Translations under genes and position numbers: made by a program | Notes under the pieces: generated by a model | Databases searched by the model: none | Told to the model about the DNA's origin: nothing | The model's input: the letters and a program-made list of their open reading frames with translations, nothing else | Shown here: piece after piece, positions 47,728 through 57,778 of the stretch | Layout of the letters: every line of letters begins with the position of its first letter | Numbering within the stretch: the stretch's first letter is position 1 | NCBI GenBank assembly: GCA_035291665.1 | Contig: DATDRP010000001.1 | Coordinates: 2,569 to 66,568 of the forward strand | DNA: 64,000 bases | Reading direction: 5' to 3' | Origin: Patescibacteria group bacterium | Lineage (GTDB): Bacteria > Patescibacteriota > Microgenomatia > UBA8517

Positions 47728-48810
47728 ATGGTTGACAAGGATTATCTTATACTTCTTTCAACATTCATAAATTTCGGTCCTGCAAGGATAAAGCTTCTTA
47801 CCGGCTACTTCAAAGGAGCAAAAAATGTTTGGAGTGCATCAAAAAAGGATTTGTCGGATGTCGGACTTCGAAAATCCTTAGCAGATAATTTTTTACAACA
47901 CAGGAATAAGTTGGATCCGGATCTTTTCTTTTCAAATTTAAAAAAGAAACAAATTAATATTGTTGTACAGAGCGGAGAACTTTATCCTGCCAACCTGAAA
48001 GGGCTTGACGACGCGCCTGTGGTTTTATATTACAAAGGCATTTTATCCAAAAACGATGTTAACTCGGTTGCGATAGTCGGGGCGAGGAAAATGACTTCGT
48101 ACGGCAGAGAAGTAACATCAAAATTTGCCCTTGAGCTTGCAGCTATGGGAATACCGATTGTATCCGGACTCGCATTCGGAGTTGATGTAGAAGCCCACAG
48201 AAGCGCGGTTTCAATAGGGGGAAGATGCATTGCTGTTTTGGCGTCCGGCGTTGATACGATTACACCGCGATCTAATGAATGGCTGGGAAGAAAAATTATT
48301 GAAGAAAGAGGAGTGATATTGTCTGAATATCCACCGGGTACCGTTCCCCAGAGAAATTTCTTTCCCTATCGAAATAGAATTATTTCGGGTATAGCTAGAG
48401 TGGTTATCGTAGTTGAAGGGTTGGAAAAAAGCGGTACTCTTCATACGGCTTCCCATGCGGCAAGTCAGGGGAAGACCGTTTTCGCAGTTCCCGGTCAGAT
48501 TACATCTCCGACAAGCGGTGCGCCTCATTTTTTACTTAAAAACGGCGCTAAAATGGCAACTTGCGTTAAAGACATTCTTGACGATATGGATTTACAGGTT
48601 AAAGTAGATAGAGACGCAGTGGCAAAAATCATGCCGGATTCCGAAGACGAAGTAAAAATATTAAAGTTTTTGGAAGTCGAACCGCTCTTTCTTGACGAAC
48701 TTGTTAGAATATCAGGGGTCGACGTAAAAATTATATCCGCAAAACTCACAATGATGGAAATGAAAGGTTTAGTGAAAAATCTCGGGGGAGGAAAATATAA
48801 GAAAGTATAA
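47728..48810 (+). CDS. dprA: DNA-processing protein DprA (Smf)
   Basis: Rossmann-like core (VAIVGARKMTSYGREV..AAMGIPIVSGLAFGVDVEAHRSA..VLASGVD) followed by a C-terminal winged-helix-like tail. Sits upstream of topA, a common arrangement. Confidence 0.8.
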   Translation: MVDKDYLILLSTFINFGPARIKLLTGYFKGAKNVWSASKKDLSDVGLRKSLADNFLQHRNKLDPDLFFSNLKKKQINIVVQSGELYPANLKGLDDAPVVLYYKGILSKNDVNSVAIVGARKMTSYGREVTSKFALELAAMGIPIVSGLAFGVDVEAHRSAVSIGGRCIAVLASGVDTITPRSNEWLGRKIIEERGVILSEYPPGTVPQRNFFPYRNRIISGIARVVIVVEGLEKSGTLHTASHAASQGKTVFAVPGQITSPTSGAPHFLLKNGAKMATCVKDILDDMDLQVKVDRDAVAKIMPDSEDEVKILKFLEVEPLFLDELVRISGVDVKIISAKLTMMEMKGLVKNLGGGKYKKV

Positions 48811-48846
48811 GTGTAAGTCAAAGAAGTAATTGACTTCATAGCAGAA

Positions 48847-48986
48847 CCCAAGAAAACCCAGAGCGTCCTTCGACATGCTCAGGATGGTGAGCGAAGCCGA
48901 ATCATGAGCTCGTGGGATGAATTGGATTCTGATATGTCATCCTCCGTTAAAGGAAACCCCATTCGTAAGAATGGGGAGGATGTCAT
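48847..48986. repeat. intergenic double-hairpin repeat, family A (full copy)
   Basis: ccaagaaaaccc .. gggatgaattggattctgatatgtcatcctcc - gttaaaggaaa - hairpin ccccattcgtaagaatgggg - aggatgtcat. Confidence 0.65.
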
Positions 48987-49023
48987 AAACTTAGACGCAG
49001 ACTTAATCTTAAACTATTTATAT

Positions 49024-51039
49024 ATGAATTTGATAATAGTTGAATCACCTACTAAAGCGCGTACATTATCTCGGTTTTTGGGGAAAGAATACGATGTGGA
49101 AGCAACCAAGGGTCATATTAAGGATTTACCTAAAAGTACGTTGGGTGTGAATGTCGAAAAAAATTTCACACCTGAATATATTGTCGTTGCAAAACAAACT
49201 GATGTTATTGAGACTCTTAAAAAAGCCTCAAAAAAAGCAAATATTGTCTATCTTGCCACTGACCCTGATCGAGAGGGAGAAGCAATTGCCTCTCATGTTG
49301 AAGAAATTGTTGGAGAGTTTGTTGCGGAGGATAAAATAAAAAGGATAGTTTTTCACGAAATTACCAAAGAAGCAGTAGAGGAAGCGATAGGTAGCCCGCG
49401 AAAAGTTGATCAGCATCTTGTGAATGCACAAATAGCCAGGCGTGTTTTAGATCGATTGGTAGGATATAAATTATCTCCTCTTTTATGGAAGAAAGTCAGA
49501 CGGGGACTTTCGGCAGGTCGTGTCCAAAGTGTGGCAGTTCGGTTGATCGTTGAACGCGAAAGAGAAATTTCTGCTTTCAAGCCGGTTGAGTATTGGGAAA
49601 TATTTTCAGATGTAAGTGGTATCGATGCACCCAAAAAAGATATTTTTAGGGTGAAACTACTAAAAATTAACGGAAAACCCGCAGAGGTTGGTGACGGTGA
49701 AACAGCAAAATCGGTTGTTACCGATTTGAAGGTATTTCCTTACAGAATCTTAGAGGTTACGAAAAAAGAAGTCCATAAACATCCATACCCTCCATATACC
49801 ACTTCCACATTAACTCAAGCGGCAGCGAGAGTGTTCAGGTGGTCTTCAAGAAAAACCATGAGCATTGCACAAAGTCTTTACGAACAGGGATTAATTACAT
49901 ACCATCGTACGGACTCAACCAACCTTGCGGCATCAGCTGTTTTAAAAGCCAGAAGTTTTATTAAAAAGGAATACGGTGAGCAGTATCTGCCATTAAGTCC
50001 GAATTTCTACAAAACAAAATCAAAAGTTGCGCAGGAGGCGCATGAAGCTATTCGCCCCTCAAACGTCAGTATTACAAGCGGAAATGGAAATGCCAAATTT
50101 ACCAGCGATATGGAAAGATTGTATGAGCTGATTTGGAAAAGGTATGTCACGTGTCAAATGTCAGATAGTGTTTACGATGAAACTACAATAGATGTCGAAG
50201 CAAAGAAAGAGGTTGCTTCTTCAAAGTCATATTTACTTCGGACCAGGGGAGCGATAATGAAATTCGACGGATGGAAGAAACTTTATAAAGGATCAAAATC
50301 CTCTGAGGATGATGTTGTTAACTTACCCGAAGTTGTCAAAGACCAACTTCTTACTCTGATCGATGTGATATCTGAGCAAAAGTTCACGCAAGCGCCGGCG
50401 AGATATTCAGAAGCGATGCTTATTAAAACTCTGGAAAGTTTGGGGATAGGCCGGCCGTCAACGTACGCTCCGACTATTTCAACAATCCAGGTACGAAGTT
50501 ATGTTGAAAAAATTGAAGGGCGATTCAAACCAACTCCGGTCGGAATTGCTGTAAATGACTTTTTAATTACGAATTTTCCTGATGTTTTTGAATATAAATT
50601 TACGGCAGATATGGAAAACTCGCTTGATGATATTGCAAACGGTGAAGAAAAATGGAAAGAGTCGATTGGGGATTTTTACCGACCATTCGAGAAGAAATTG
50701 GCAGATGTTGAAAAAAAAGCAAAAAGGGTGAAAATTGAAGCCGAGAAACTTGGCCGGAAATGTCCCGATTGTAAAGATGGAGAGTTGGTAATTCGGATTG
50801 GACGTTTCGGCAGGTTTATTTCCTGTTCGAATTTTCCCGATTGCAGACACACGGAAAAATATGTTGAAAAAGCTCATATGAAATGTCCCGATTGTAAAAA
50901 AGGCGACGTTATTATCAAAAAGACACAAAAAGGAAAAAGGTTTTTCGGATGCAGCCGTTACCCGAAGTGTAAGTGGGCCAGCTGGAGAAAACCTGAGAGA
51001 GTAAAAAAGCTAACTAAAGAAACCTCTAAACAAAGTTAA
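49024..51039 (+). CDS. topA: DNA topoisomerase I with two C-terminal zinc ribbons (likely start ATG 49024; tracked ORF from 48904 runs through the upstream repeat)
   Basis: Toprim N-terminus (MNLIIVESPTKARTL), catalytic region, and C-terminal CPDCKDGELV..CSNFPDC plus CPDCKKGDV..CSRYPKC. Confidence 0.85.
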   Translation: MNLIIVESPTKARTLSRFLGKEYDVEATKGHIKDLPKSTLGVNVEKNFTPEYIVVAKQTDVIETLKKASKKANIVYLATDPDREGEAIASHVEEIVGEFVAEDKIKRIVFHEITKEAVEEAIGSPRKVDQHLVNAQIARRVLDRLVGYKLSPLLWKKVRRGLSAGRVQSVAVRLIVEREREISAFKPVEYWEIFSDVSGIDAPKKDIFRVKLLKINGKPAEVGDGETAKSVVTDLKVFPYRILEVTKKEVHKHPYPPYTTSTLTQAAARVFRWSSRKTMSIAQSLYEQGLITYHRTDSTNLAASAVLKARSFIKKEYGEQYLPLSPNFYKTKSKVAQEAHEAIRPSNVSITSGNGNAKFTSDMERLYELIWKRYVTCQMSDSVYDETTIDVEAKKEVASSKSYLLRTRGAIMKFDGWKKLYKGSKSSEDDVVNLPEVVKDQLLTLIDVISEQKFTQAPARYSEAMLIKTLESLGIGRPSTYAPTISTIQVRSYVEKIEGRFKPTPVGIAVNDFLITNFPDVFEYKFTADMENSLDDIANGEEKWKESIGDFYRPFEKKLADVEKKAKRVKIEAEKLGRKCPDCKDGELVIRIGRFGRFISCSNFPDCRHTEKYVEKAHMKCPDCKKGDVIIKKTQKGKRFFGCSRYPKCKWASWRKPERVKKLTKETSKQS

Positions 51040-51043
51040 TCCA

Positions 51044-51583
51044 ATGATAATAGGACCAAAAAAGTTACTTCAATTGGTTAAATCAATAAAACTTGTAGAA
51101 AACCTCTCCGGTCGCGAGCTCACAAATCCCGAAGGGGCAGGCTTTGACTTGCGGCTGGGTGAAGTTTATCGGATCGAAGGAGATGCTTTTTTGGGAATTG
51201 AAGAAAGATATACTCCGAAATCGAAATTAGTAAAAAATTATAAAGAATCAAAAAAAACATCAATTATTATTAAACCCGGTGATCAGTTTGTGGTTACAAC
51301 AATGGAAAGTCTTAATTTACCCGGTAACATCACCGCGAATTTGTGGCTTAGAAGTACTCTTTATCGAAGCGGGATTATCTTAAGCGGAGGTAATATTGCA
51401 CCAGGATATTCGGGTAAGCTATCGTTTACCTTGTTTAATTCCGGAAAATCCAGAGTAGAAATAGAACTAGGTGCAAGGATTGTACACATATTATTTTATG
51501 AAGTTAAGGCAGGAGGGACTTTGTATCGGGGCCAATGGCAGGGCGGAAGAGTCACAGCGGCTAAAAAAGAGAAACAAGTTTAG
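51044..51583 (+). CDS. dcd: dCTP deaminase / dUTPase-fold enzyme
   Basis: 179 aa with the Dcd-like N-terminus (ELTNPEGAGFDLRLGEVY) and the beta-barrel motif GNIAPGYSGKLSFTLFN. Confidence 0.55.
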   Translation: MIIGPKKLLQLVKSIKLVENLSGRELTNPEGAGFDLRLGEVYRIEGDAFLGIEERYTPKSKLVKNYKESKKTSIIIKPGDQFVVTTMESLNLPGNITANLWLRSTLYRSGIILSGGNIAPGYSGKLSFTLFNSGKSRVEIELGARIVHILFYEVKAGGTLYRGQWQGGRVTAAKKEKQV

Positions 51584-51683
51584 TAACTTATAATAAACAC
51601 TAGTTTTTTTATTATCTTTATAAGTCAGTTCCATTTAAGGGAATGTATTATTAAACAAATACAAATTTAGACAATTTACTATA

Positions 51684-51715
51684 TCATGTAACATATAATG
51701 ATATATGTTACATGA
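51684..51715. repeat. 32-bp hyphenated palindrome, copy P5 (perfect)
   Basis: tcatgtaacatata-atga-tatatgttacatga lies between dcd and the thyX-tmk-glyA block. Confidence 0.8.
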
Positions 51716-51771
51716 CGTAGAAGAGAGTTTTGATGATTGACAATATGGGAAATGTTTTTTAATTTGAAGAG

Positions 51772-52005
51772 ATGTCAGTTGATAATCCGATTTTTGAAAA
51801 ACAACCATGTGAGTATGAATCTCCAACAAACGTTTCTGCATATGATCTTCAGAGGTTGGGTAAAGAAGTACCTCATTGGCAAGCTGAAGCTGAGAGACGA
51901 GCATTAGAAAAGTCCGGTGTGAAATTTACTGCAAGCAGTTCCGGCGAGGAAATCGGATCAATAAAATTAATTCCTGAGATTCGAAAATCAAAACATAATA
52001 GTTAA
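51772..52005 (+). CDS. hypothetical small protein
   Basis: 77-aa ORF. Confidence 0.3.
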   Translation: MSVDNPIFEKQPCEYESPTNVSAYDLQRLGKEVPHWQAEAERRALEKSGVKFTASSSGEEIGSIKLIPEIRKSKHNS

Positions 52006-52006
52006 A

Positions 52007-52378
52007 GTGGGAATTGAAATTGAAAGTCTGGAAAAAAAAATAAAAGTAAATTTTTTGTATCGCGGCGACTTTGACCCCGAACCTTTACGAAATATACTTG
52101 GCTTTAATGGTCAAAAACCGGTTTTAAAATTTCCCATCGAGGAACGGCTTCGGGAACTCCAACTACTTACTCGAGGCGGATATTTGCGAAAAGGAGAATT
52201 GGCATTATTTCGCGGTCAATTAACAAAGGAGGAAAATCCACCTGATGGATGGGAAATAAAACGATGCCCCGATCATGGGAATACTTATCACGACGTTGTA
52301 GGATGTATGCATCATGAACATGACGATGGTGTTAAACACAGTGATTTACCACCTATAGATAGGGCGTATAAGGAGTAA
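52007..52378 (+). CDS. hypothetical protein with His/Cys-rich C-terminus (GTG start)
   Basis: 123-aa ORF containing CPDHGNTYHDVVGCMHHEHDDG. Confidence 0.35.
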   Translation: MGIEIESLEKKIKVNFLYRGDFDPEPLRNILGFNGQKPVLKFPIEERLRELQLLTRGGYLRKGELALFRGQLTKEENPPDGWEIKRCPDHGNTYHDVVGCMHHEHDDGVKHSDLPPIDRAYKE

Positions 52379-52387
52379 TGAACATTT

Positions 52388-52606
52388 GTGGCAATTGAAA
52401 AAATAGAATTTGAGAATATTGAAATATTTCCGGACGGAAGAAAAGTGCGTTTTGCATATGTTGATTTTATCGATAGGAGAGAACTTGAAAGTCAGCTGGC
52501 TAATCCGGGTACTTCGGAAAGGATCAGACAAAATTGTCGTTTCAGATTGCAAAATGCCGGATATTTACCTGGTCCAAATATTAAAACATTATTTACAAAA
52601 CCTTAA
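52388..52606 (+). CDS. hypothetical small protein (alternative overlapping ORF 52410..52697 cannot be excluded)
   Basis: 72-aa ORF with a GTG start. Confidence 0.25.
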   Translation: MAIEKIEFENIEIFPDGRKVRFAYVDFIDRRELESQLANPGTSERIRQNCRFRLQNAGYLPGPNIKTLFTKP

Positions 52607-52686
52607 AGATAAGTGGTATGAGGACATTGACAAGTTAGTTGCAGTGGTTAATAATTTTAACAATTTTCCTGCCGCCAAAAAATTAA

Positions 52687-54318
52687 ATGTCATCTGAATA
52701 TCAACGGGAAAATTACAAAGAGAACCAAGTTGAAGACTTGGTATCTGAATATGTTGGATTAGGAAAAAAGTTTGAAAACCCTCCGCAAATAAAATTGTCC
52801 TTAATTTCAGGAATACCAGATAGTCAGGAAATAATTGGAGCAAGAGACATTGCAGTGACAACCGCATTCCAGTGTTATGCACCGGGAGTTACCGTAATGA
52901 AAAAACGAGACGATGATAAATCCCAAAGTGTTGCCGATAGTACATTAGAGGCAGGACACCACACAACAAGGATGCATCAGCACTTAACTTGGAGAATTGT
53001 TGGAGCTACTAGAAGTGTTACACATGATGTTTTTCATTCTCATCCCTTCTACAACTCGGAACAACAAAGTCAAAGATATGTTGAGGCAAAAGAAGGTAGC
53101 TTTTTATTGCCTACGGATTTGACCCAAGACCAAAAACAATTGTATCTGAACTCTGCCAACTTCGCGAATCAAGCCTACTTTGGACTATTAAAACAATTGC
53201 ACCCCGAAGCGGATCGACGGATCGTAGAGATGTATCCAAAGGGAGGTTGGAAAGTTGATTCTACAAAGGAAAGGTTGGAATCAAAAGGGAAGAAGGTTGC
53301 ACAAGAGGTGGCGCGTTATGTCCTTCCGATTGGTCAATTGACTACTTACTATCATACTTTAAATACAATCCAACTGGCGCGCTTGTTTAAGGCTTCCCAA
53401 ATGGGTCATGTGTCTGATGAAGGAAAATTTATTATCGGGAAAATGATTCAGGAAGTTGCGGCCTACGACCCTACAATATTAAAAGAGATACCATTACCCG
53501 ATTCTTACGAAAAGCACGACACCTCGGGGGGTGTGAATAAATATAAAAATGAATTTGATAAAAGATTAGGGGATTTTTCATCGGCATTAATTTCTTCCCC
53601 AACTGATCTTCGGCAAGTTCTACTGTACTCTTTACGCAATACTCATGGTACCGGAAGTGATCAGATTTCCGACGATGAAGTAATTAGAAATTTGGCTGAT
53701 CCGAAGTACAATCGATTACTTGCGGATGTTTTTGAAACCGGCATGTTGGATCCGGCAACCTCGTCTTTACGAAGTGTTAGCTTAACTTTCGCAACAAAGT
53801 TATCGCACACAGCGGATTCTCAAAGACAAAGGCACAGAAGAACTCCCGGTGCAACTCCGGCTATAAATGAAATCTATGACGGCCGGAGAGATTATATGAC
53901 CCCGATGATTATTCGGGAAAACCCCGCACTGAGAGATGTTTATGATGAAACAATGAGGACAATATTTACAAACGTTGAAAAAGCAATTGATGCCGGAATA
54001 CCTCGGGAATATGCATTGCTACTCCTGCCAAATGCATCAACTCTTCGCGTTGTCGAGTCGGGTGATTTATTTGACTGGCTGCATCGCTGGAAGCAAAGGC
54101 TTTGTTACCTGGCACAGGAAGAGATCTTTTTTATATCTGTTGAACAAGTCGAACAGGTTGGAAAGGTTTTGCCCGATTTAAAAAATATGCTATTGGCGCC
54201 ATGCGGGGTTCGTCAGCGGGCGGGGGTGCGACCAAGATGTCCGGAAGGAGACCGTTGGTGTGGAAAGCCAGTTTACAATTGGAGTTTGGATAAGTATAAA
54301 GAAGAAAGATTGGTATAA
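52687..54318 (+). CDS. thyX: FAD-dependent thymidylate synthase ThyX, tandem-duplicated (two ThyX-like domains in one 543-aa chain)
   Basis: Domain 1 carries ..GHHTTRMHQHLTWRIVGATRSVTHDVFHSHPFYNSEQQSQRYV, i.e. the ThyX fold with HSH in place of RHR before the SxxSQRY motif. Domain 2 carries QRQRHRRTPG, a canonical RHR. Confidence 0.65.
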   Translation: MSSEYQRENYKENQVEDLVSEYVGLGKKFENPPQIKLSLISGIPDSQEIIGARDIAVTTAFQCYAPGVTVMKKRDDDKSQSVADSTLEAGHHTTRMHQHLTWRIVGATRSVTHDVFHSHPFYNSEQQSQRYVEAKEGSFLLPTDLTQDQKQLYLNSANFANQAYFGLLKQLHPEADRRIVEMYPKGGWKVDSTKERLESKGKKVAQEVARYVLPIGQLTTYYHTLNTIQLARLFKASQMGHVSDEGKFIIGKMIQEVAAYDPTILKEIPLPDSYEKHDTSGGVNKYKNEFDKRLGDFSSALISSPTDLRQVLLYSLRNTHGTGSDQISDDEVIRNLADPKYNRLLADVFETGMLDPATSSLRSVSLTFATKLSHTADSQRQRHRRTPGATPAINEIYDGRRDYMTPMIIRENPALRDVYDETMRTIFTNVEKAIDAGIPREYALLLLPNASTLRVVESGDLFDWLHRWKQRLCYLAQEEIFFISVEQVEQVGKVLPDLKNMLLAPCGVRQRAGVRPRCPEGDRWCGKPVYNWSLDKYKEERLV

Positions 54319-54343
54319 ATATTGAAATTAGATATTTATTTTA

Positions 54344-55090
54344 ATGAAAAATAAAGGGAAGTTTATCGTTGTTGAGGGAGCGGATGGTACGGGAAAGAAA
54401 ACCCAGACGGATATGTTGAATGAAGCATTGAAACGGGAAGGTTATCCCGTCGAAATGTTCGATTTTCCCCAATATGAGACTACTTTTTTTGGCGCTCTTG
54501 TCGGACGATTTTTGAAAGGTGAGTTTGGCTCATTAAACGATGTTAATTCATACCTTGCTTCATTAACTTTCGCAGGAGACAGATGGCAGGCAAAAGAAAA
54601 AATATCAGCTCTTAAAGATGAGGGAAAAATTGTAATTGCTAATCGGTATTTTTTATCAAACGTGGCACACCAATCGGCAAAACTGCATCGCGATAAAAGG
54701 GATGAATTTGAAAGATTTTTACAAACACTTGAGTACGGAATATACGGAATCCCGAAAGAGGATCTGAATATAATTTTAACGGTTCCTCCTGAGATTAGCC
54801 AAAGGCTTATTGAAGAAAAATCAACCCGAGCATATTTGGGTGGAATAAAAAAAGATATCCAGGAAGATAACCTTGATTATCAAAGAGAAGTGTCTGCAGT
54901 ATATCTGGAATTGGCAAAACGTTATCCCGGTGTTGTAGAAATAGATTGCTCCGGGGTTAATGGTGGCGAGCTTAAAACCAGAGAGGAAATACACAATTTA
55001 ATTCTTAATGAGGTACGTAGGGTACTGGAGATGCCGGAAGGTCGAATAGTTAGGGAAGGGTCCGCGTTTCGCAATGAGCGGAGATATTGA
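54344..55090 (+). CDS. tmk: thymidylate kinase
   Basis: The P-loop reads GKFIVVEGADGTGKKTQ. A DR(W/Y)-like motif (GDRWQ) and a lid region follow. Confidence 0.8.
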   Translation: MKNKGKFIVVEGADGTGKKTQTDMLNEALKREGYPVEMFDFPQYETTFFGALVGRFLKGEFGSLNDVNSYLASLTFAGDRWQAKEKISALKDEGKIVIANRYFLSNVAHQSAKLHRDKRDEFERFLQTLEYGIYGIPKEDLNIILTVPPEISQRLIEEKSTRAYLGGIKKDIQEDNLDYQREVSAVYLELAKRYPGVVEIDCSGVNGGELKTREEIHNLILNEVRRVLEMPEGRIVREGSAFRNERRY

Positions 55091-55108
55091 TTATAATCAA
55101 GTGGTGCT

Positions 55109-56419
55109 ATGGATAAAATAATAAAGCTAATAAAAAAAGAAGAAATCAGGCAGCAAGAGACATTGATGATGATCCCCTCCGAAAATTACACTTACCCTGA
55201 AGTTCGAAGTGCGGTTGGGTCGGTACTGATGCATAAGTATGCGGAAGGACAACCCGGTAAAAGATACTATCAGGGGAATGAAATAGTAGATGAGATAGAG
55301 TTTGAGGCGGAAAAGGCGGCACTTACGGCCTTCGGACTAAAGGACACAGAATGGGCAGCGAATGTTCAACCATATTCCGGTTCTCCGGCAAATGTTGCAG
55401 TATACAATGCACTATTGAATCCGGGTGACAAAATTATGGCTATGTATCTCCCCGATGGGGGGCATTTATCACATGGCTGGCAGTATGGTGATAAAAAATT
55501 GACCTTTGTTTCCAAAATCTGGAATGTTGATTTCTACCACGTTGACAAGAATTCAAAAGTTTTTGATTATGATCAAATCGAAAAACAAGCAACTAGTTTT
55601 AAACCGAAGCTGATTATATCGGGAGGTACTGCCTATCCCCGGGATATTGACCATAAACGTTTGGGAGAAATAGCAAAGAAAGTGGATGCGTATTACATGG
55701 CTGATATTGCTCATGAAGCAGGACTGATTGCAGCAAGGGTTAACTCTTCACCTTTTCCGCATGCGGATGTTGTGACGATGACGACTCATAAGACTCTCCG
55801 AGGTCCAAGAGGTGCAATTATAATAGCCAGGAAAGAGCTGATTGATGTGGTTGATGCATCAATATTTCCGGGTTTTCAGGGCGGACCGCATATTCATACG
55901 ATTGCCGGAATTGCGATTGCACTTCGGCAAGCTCAGAGTAAATTGTTTCAAAAATATGCCAAGCAGGTAGTTTTGAATGCACAACGTTTTGCACAAAATC
56001 TTAAGAATAAAGGTTACGATATTGTTAGTGGCGGAACTGATAAACATTTGGTATTGGTGGATTTGCGGAATAAAAATGTAAACGGTTGGTTTATTGCCTG
56101 GGCACTGGAGGCGGCGGGTATAGTTGTAAACCGAAATACCGTGCCCTATGACACAGGCTCGCCTTATTATCCATCCGGTTTACGCCTCGGGACTCCGGCG
56201 ATTACAACCAGGGGGATGAAAGAACCCGAGATCGACAAGATTTCGGATTGGATAGATGAAGTTGTAAAGCACATCGGAAAACAAACGCTTTCCGAGAATA
56301 AAGATGAAAGGAACGAACTCCTTAAAAAGTATAAGGATTCGATTATGAAGGACAAATTTCTTTCCGATATATCACTCAAAGTAAAATCTCTTTGTAGGGC
56401 TTTCCCTTTAAATTTTTAA
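55109..56419 (+). CDS. glyA: serine hydroxymethyltransferase
   Basis: The PLP-lysine motif [12 protein letters not shown] is present. The N-terminus ([29 protein letters not shown]) is diagnostic of SHMT. Confidence 0.9.
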   Translation: MDKIIKLIKKEEIRQQETLMMIPSENYTYPEVRSAVGSVLMHKYAEGQPGKRYYQGNEIVDEIEFEAEKAALTAFGLKDTEWAANVQPYSGSPANVAVYNALLNPGDKIMAMYLPDGGHLSHGWQYGDKKLTFVSKIWNVDFYHVDKNSKVFDYDQIEKQATSFKPKLIISGGTAYPRDIDHKRLGEIAKKVDAYYMADIAHEAGLIAARVNSSPFPHADVVTMTTHKTLRGPRGAIIIARKELIDVVDASIFPGFQGGPHIHTIAGIAIALRQAQSKLFQKYAKQVVLNAQRFAQNLKNKGYDIVSGGTDKHLVLVDLRNKNVNGWFIAWALEAAGIVVNRNTVPYDTGSPYYPSGLRLGTPAITTRGMKEPEIDKISDWIDEVVKHIGKQTLSENKDERNELLKKYKDSIMKDKFLSDISLKVKSLCRAFPLNF

Positions 56420-56450
56420 ATCTTCTATCGAAAAAACCAATTCTCGGAAT

Positions 56451-56711
56451 TTAATCTTCAGAGGGCTTTTTGAAACTTTCAAATTTACTTGCTACTTCAG
56501 GATTTACCAATTTCAAAACTTCAAGCCCCTTTACTCTTATATCAAGCGAGTTGACTACTCCGTCAACAGCCGCGGTAGGAAGCCAGTTTTCTATTTCAGT
56601 TGCCACTTTTTCAGCCTCTTCGTCTGATGTTCCTGCGTTTTTTAGGCCGCTGATAATTTTTGATCTATCAAATTCCTCTAAACTTCCGTCTTTTTTCTGT
56701 ACCTTGTACAT
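56451..56711 (-). CDS. stand-alone ATP-cone domain protein (no zinc ribbon)
   Basis: MYKVQKKDGSLEEFDRSKIISGLKNAG..AEKVATEIENWL fits the ATP-cone consensus (M.VIKRDG..E.FD..KI..A.). Confidence 0.5.
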   Translation of the reverse strand: MYKVQKKDGSLEEFDRSKIISGLKNAGTSDEEAEKVATEIENWLPTAAVDGVVNSLDIRVKGLEVLKLVNPEVASKFESFKKPSED

Positions 56712-56868
56712 TTTTAACCACCCCGATTCTTGTTTATATAATACAATTTCCCGATAAATGTTCCTATCCTTAATTTGTTTTAGCGTGACTGTTGATAGGG
56801 ATTTTGTTAAAGTTTCTCGCCTTAGCCTAACTCGGTTGTTATCTTGAACGCTGTTATAATATATCAGG

Positions 56869-57711
56869 ATGAAAACTAATCCCTATATCTTTGACGGCCG
56901 AAAATTTGCTCAGGAAAAGCTAGTAAGACTCAAACCGAGCGTTGACGAGTTCAAAAAATCCGGTATCAAGCTTAAATTAGCCTCGTTAATAGTGGGAGAT
57001 AATCCGGGAAGTAAACTTTATTTGGACCTAAAGAAGAAAAGGGGAGAAGAGGTTGGAATTGAAGTAAAAGTTGTCAGTTTAAGTCTGAGAAGTAGCACAT
57101 ATGAAATTATTAATCTTATTAAAAATTTAAATACTGATAAAACTGTAAATGGGATAATGGTACAGCTGCCTCTGCCTGACAGTTTTTTAGAAGAAGATAA
57201 AAAGAAAATAATAGATTCAATTGATCCGAAAAAAGATGTCGACGGACTTCGTGAAGACAGTCTATATATACATCCGACGGTAAAAGCAATTCTTGAAGTA
57301 TTTGAATTTTCTTTAAATATTGTACGACTAACGCTCAAGGACAATCCTTGTACCGTGTGTGTTGTTGGTGCGACTGGTATGGTTGGAAAGCCTTTAGTAA
57401 GAAAATTAAAAACGCAGAAGTTTAATAATTTAACAATAAAATTAATAGAGCTTGATATAAATTCAAAAAATATTTCGGAATTTACCCAAACTGCTGATGT
57501 GATAATAAGTTGTACCGGAAAACCCGGTTTAATTAAAAAAGAAATGATTAAAAAAGGCGTTATCCTTTTGGACGTTGGTTCACCAGATGGCGACATTGAA
57601 AAAAACTCCTACACAAAAGCTTCATTTGTATCACCGGTGCCGGGTGGAATCGGACCAGTTACAATTGCATGTTTAATGGAAAATGTTGCAGAAAGTCTTG
57701 GAAGCAGGTAA
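56869..57711 (+). CDS. folD: bifunctional methylenetetrahydrofolate dehydrogenase/cyclohydrolase
   Basis: IMVQLPLP and PGGIGPVTIACLMEN signature motifs, plus the NAD(P)-binding GxSxxVG. Confidence 0.85.
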   Translation: MKTNPYIFDGRKFAQEKLVRLKPSVDEFKKSGIKLKLASLIVGDNPGSKLYLDLKKKRGEEVGIEVKVVSLSLRSSTYEIINLIKNLNTDKTVNGIMVQLPLPDSFLEEDKKKIIDSIDPKKDVDGLREDSLYIHPTVKAILEVFEFSLNIVRLTLKDNPCTVCVVGATGMVGKPLVRKLKTQKFNNLTIKLIELDINSKNISEFTQTADVIISCTGKPGLIKKEMIKKGVILLDVGSPDGDIEKNSYTKASFVSPVPGGIGPVTIACLMENVAESLGSR

Positions 57712-57778
57712 ATAGATATTCTTCAAACTAACGCTCTTTGAAAGTTGATATTTATGGAAAAATTCCTATAATAATGAC

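Noticed and set aside
48904-49023. N-terminal 40-codon extension of topA in the tracked ORF
   Set aside because: It is encoded entirely by a family A repeat copy. The canonical Toprim N-terminus MNLIIVESPTKA starts at ATG 49024.
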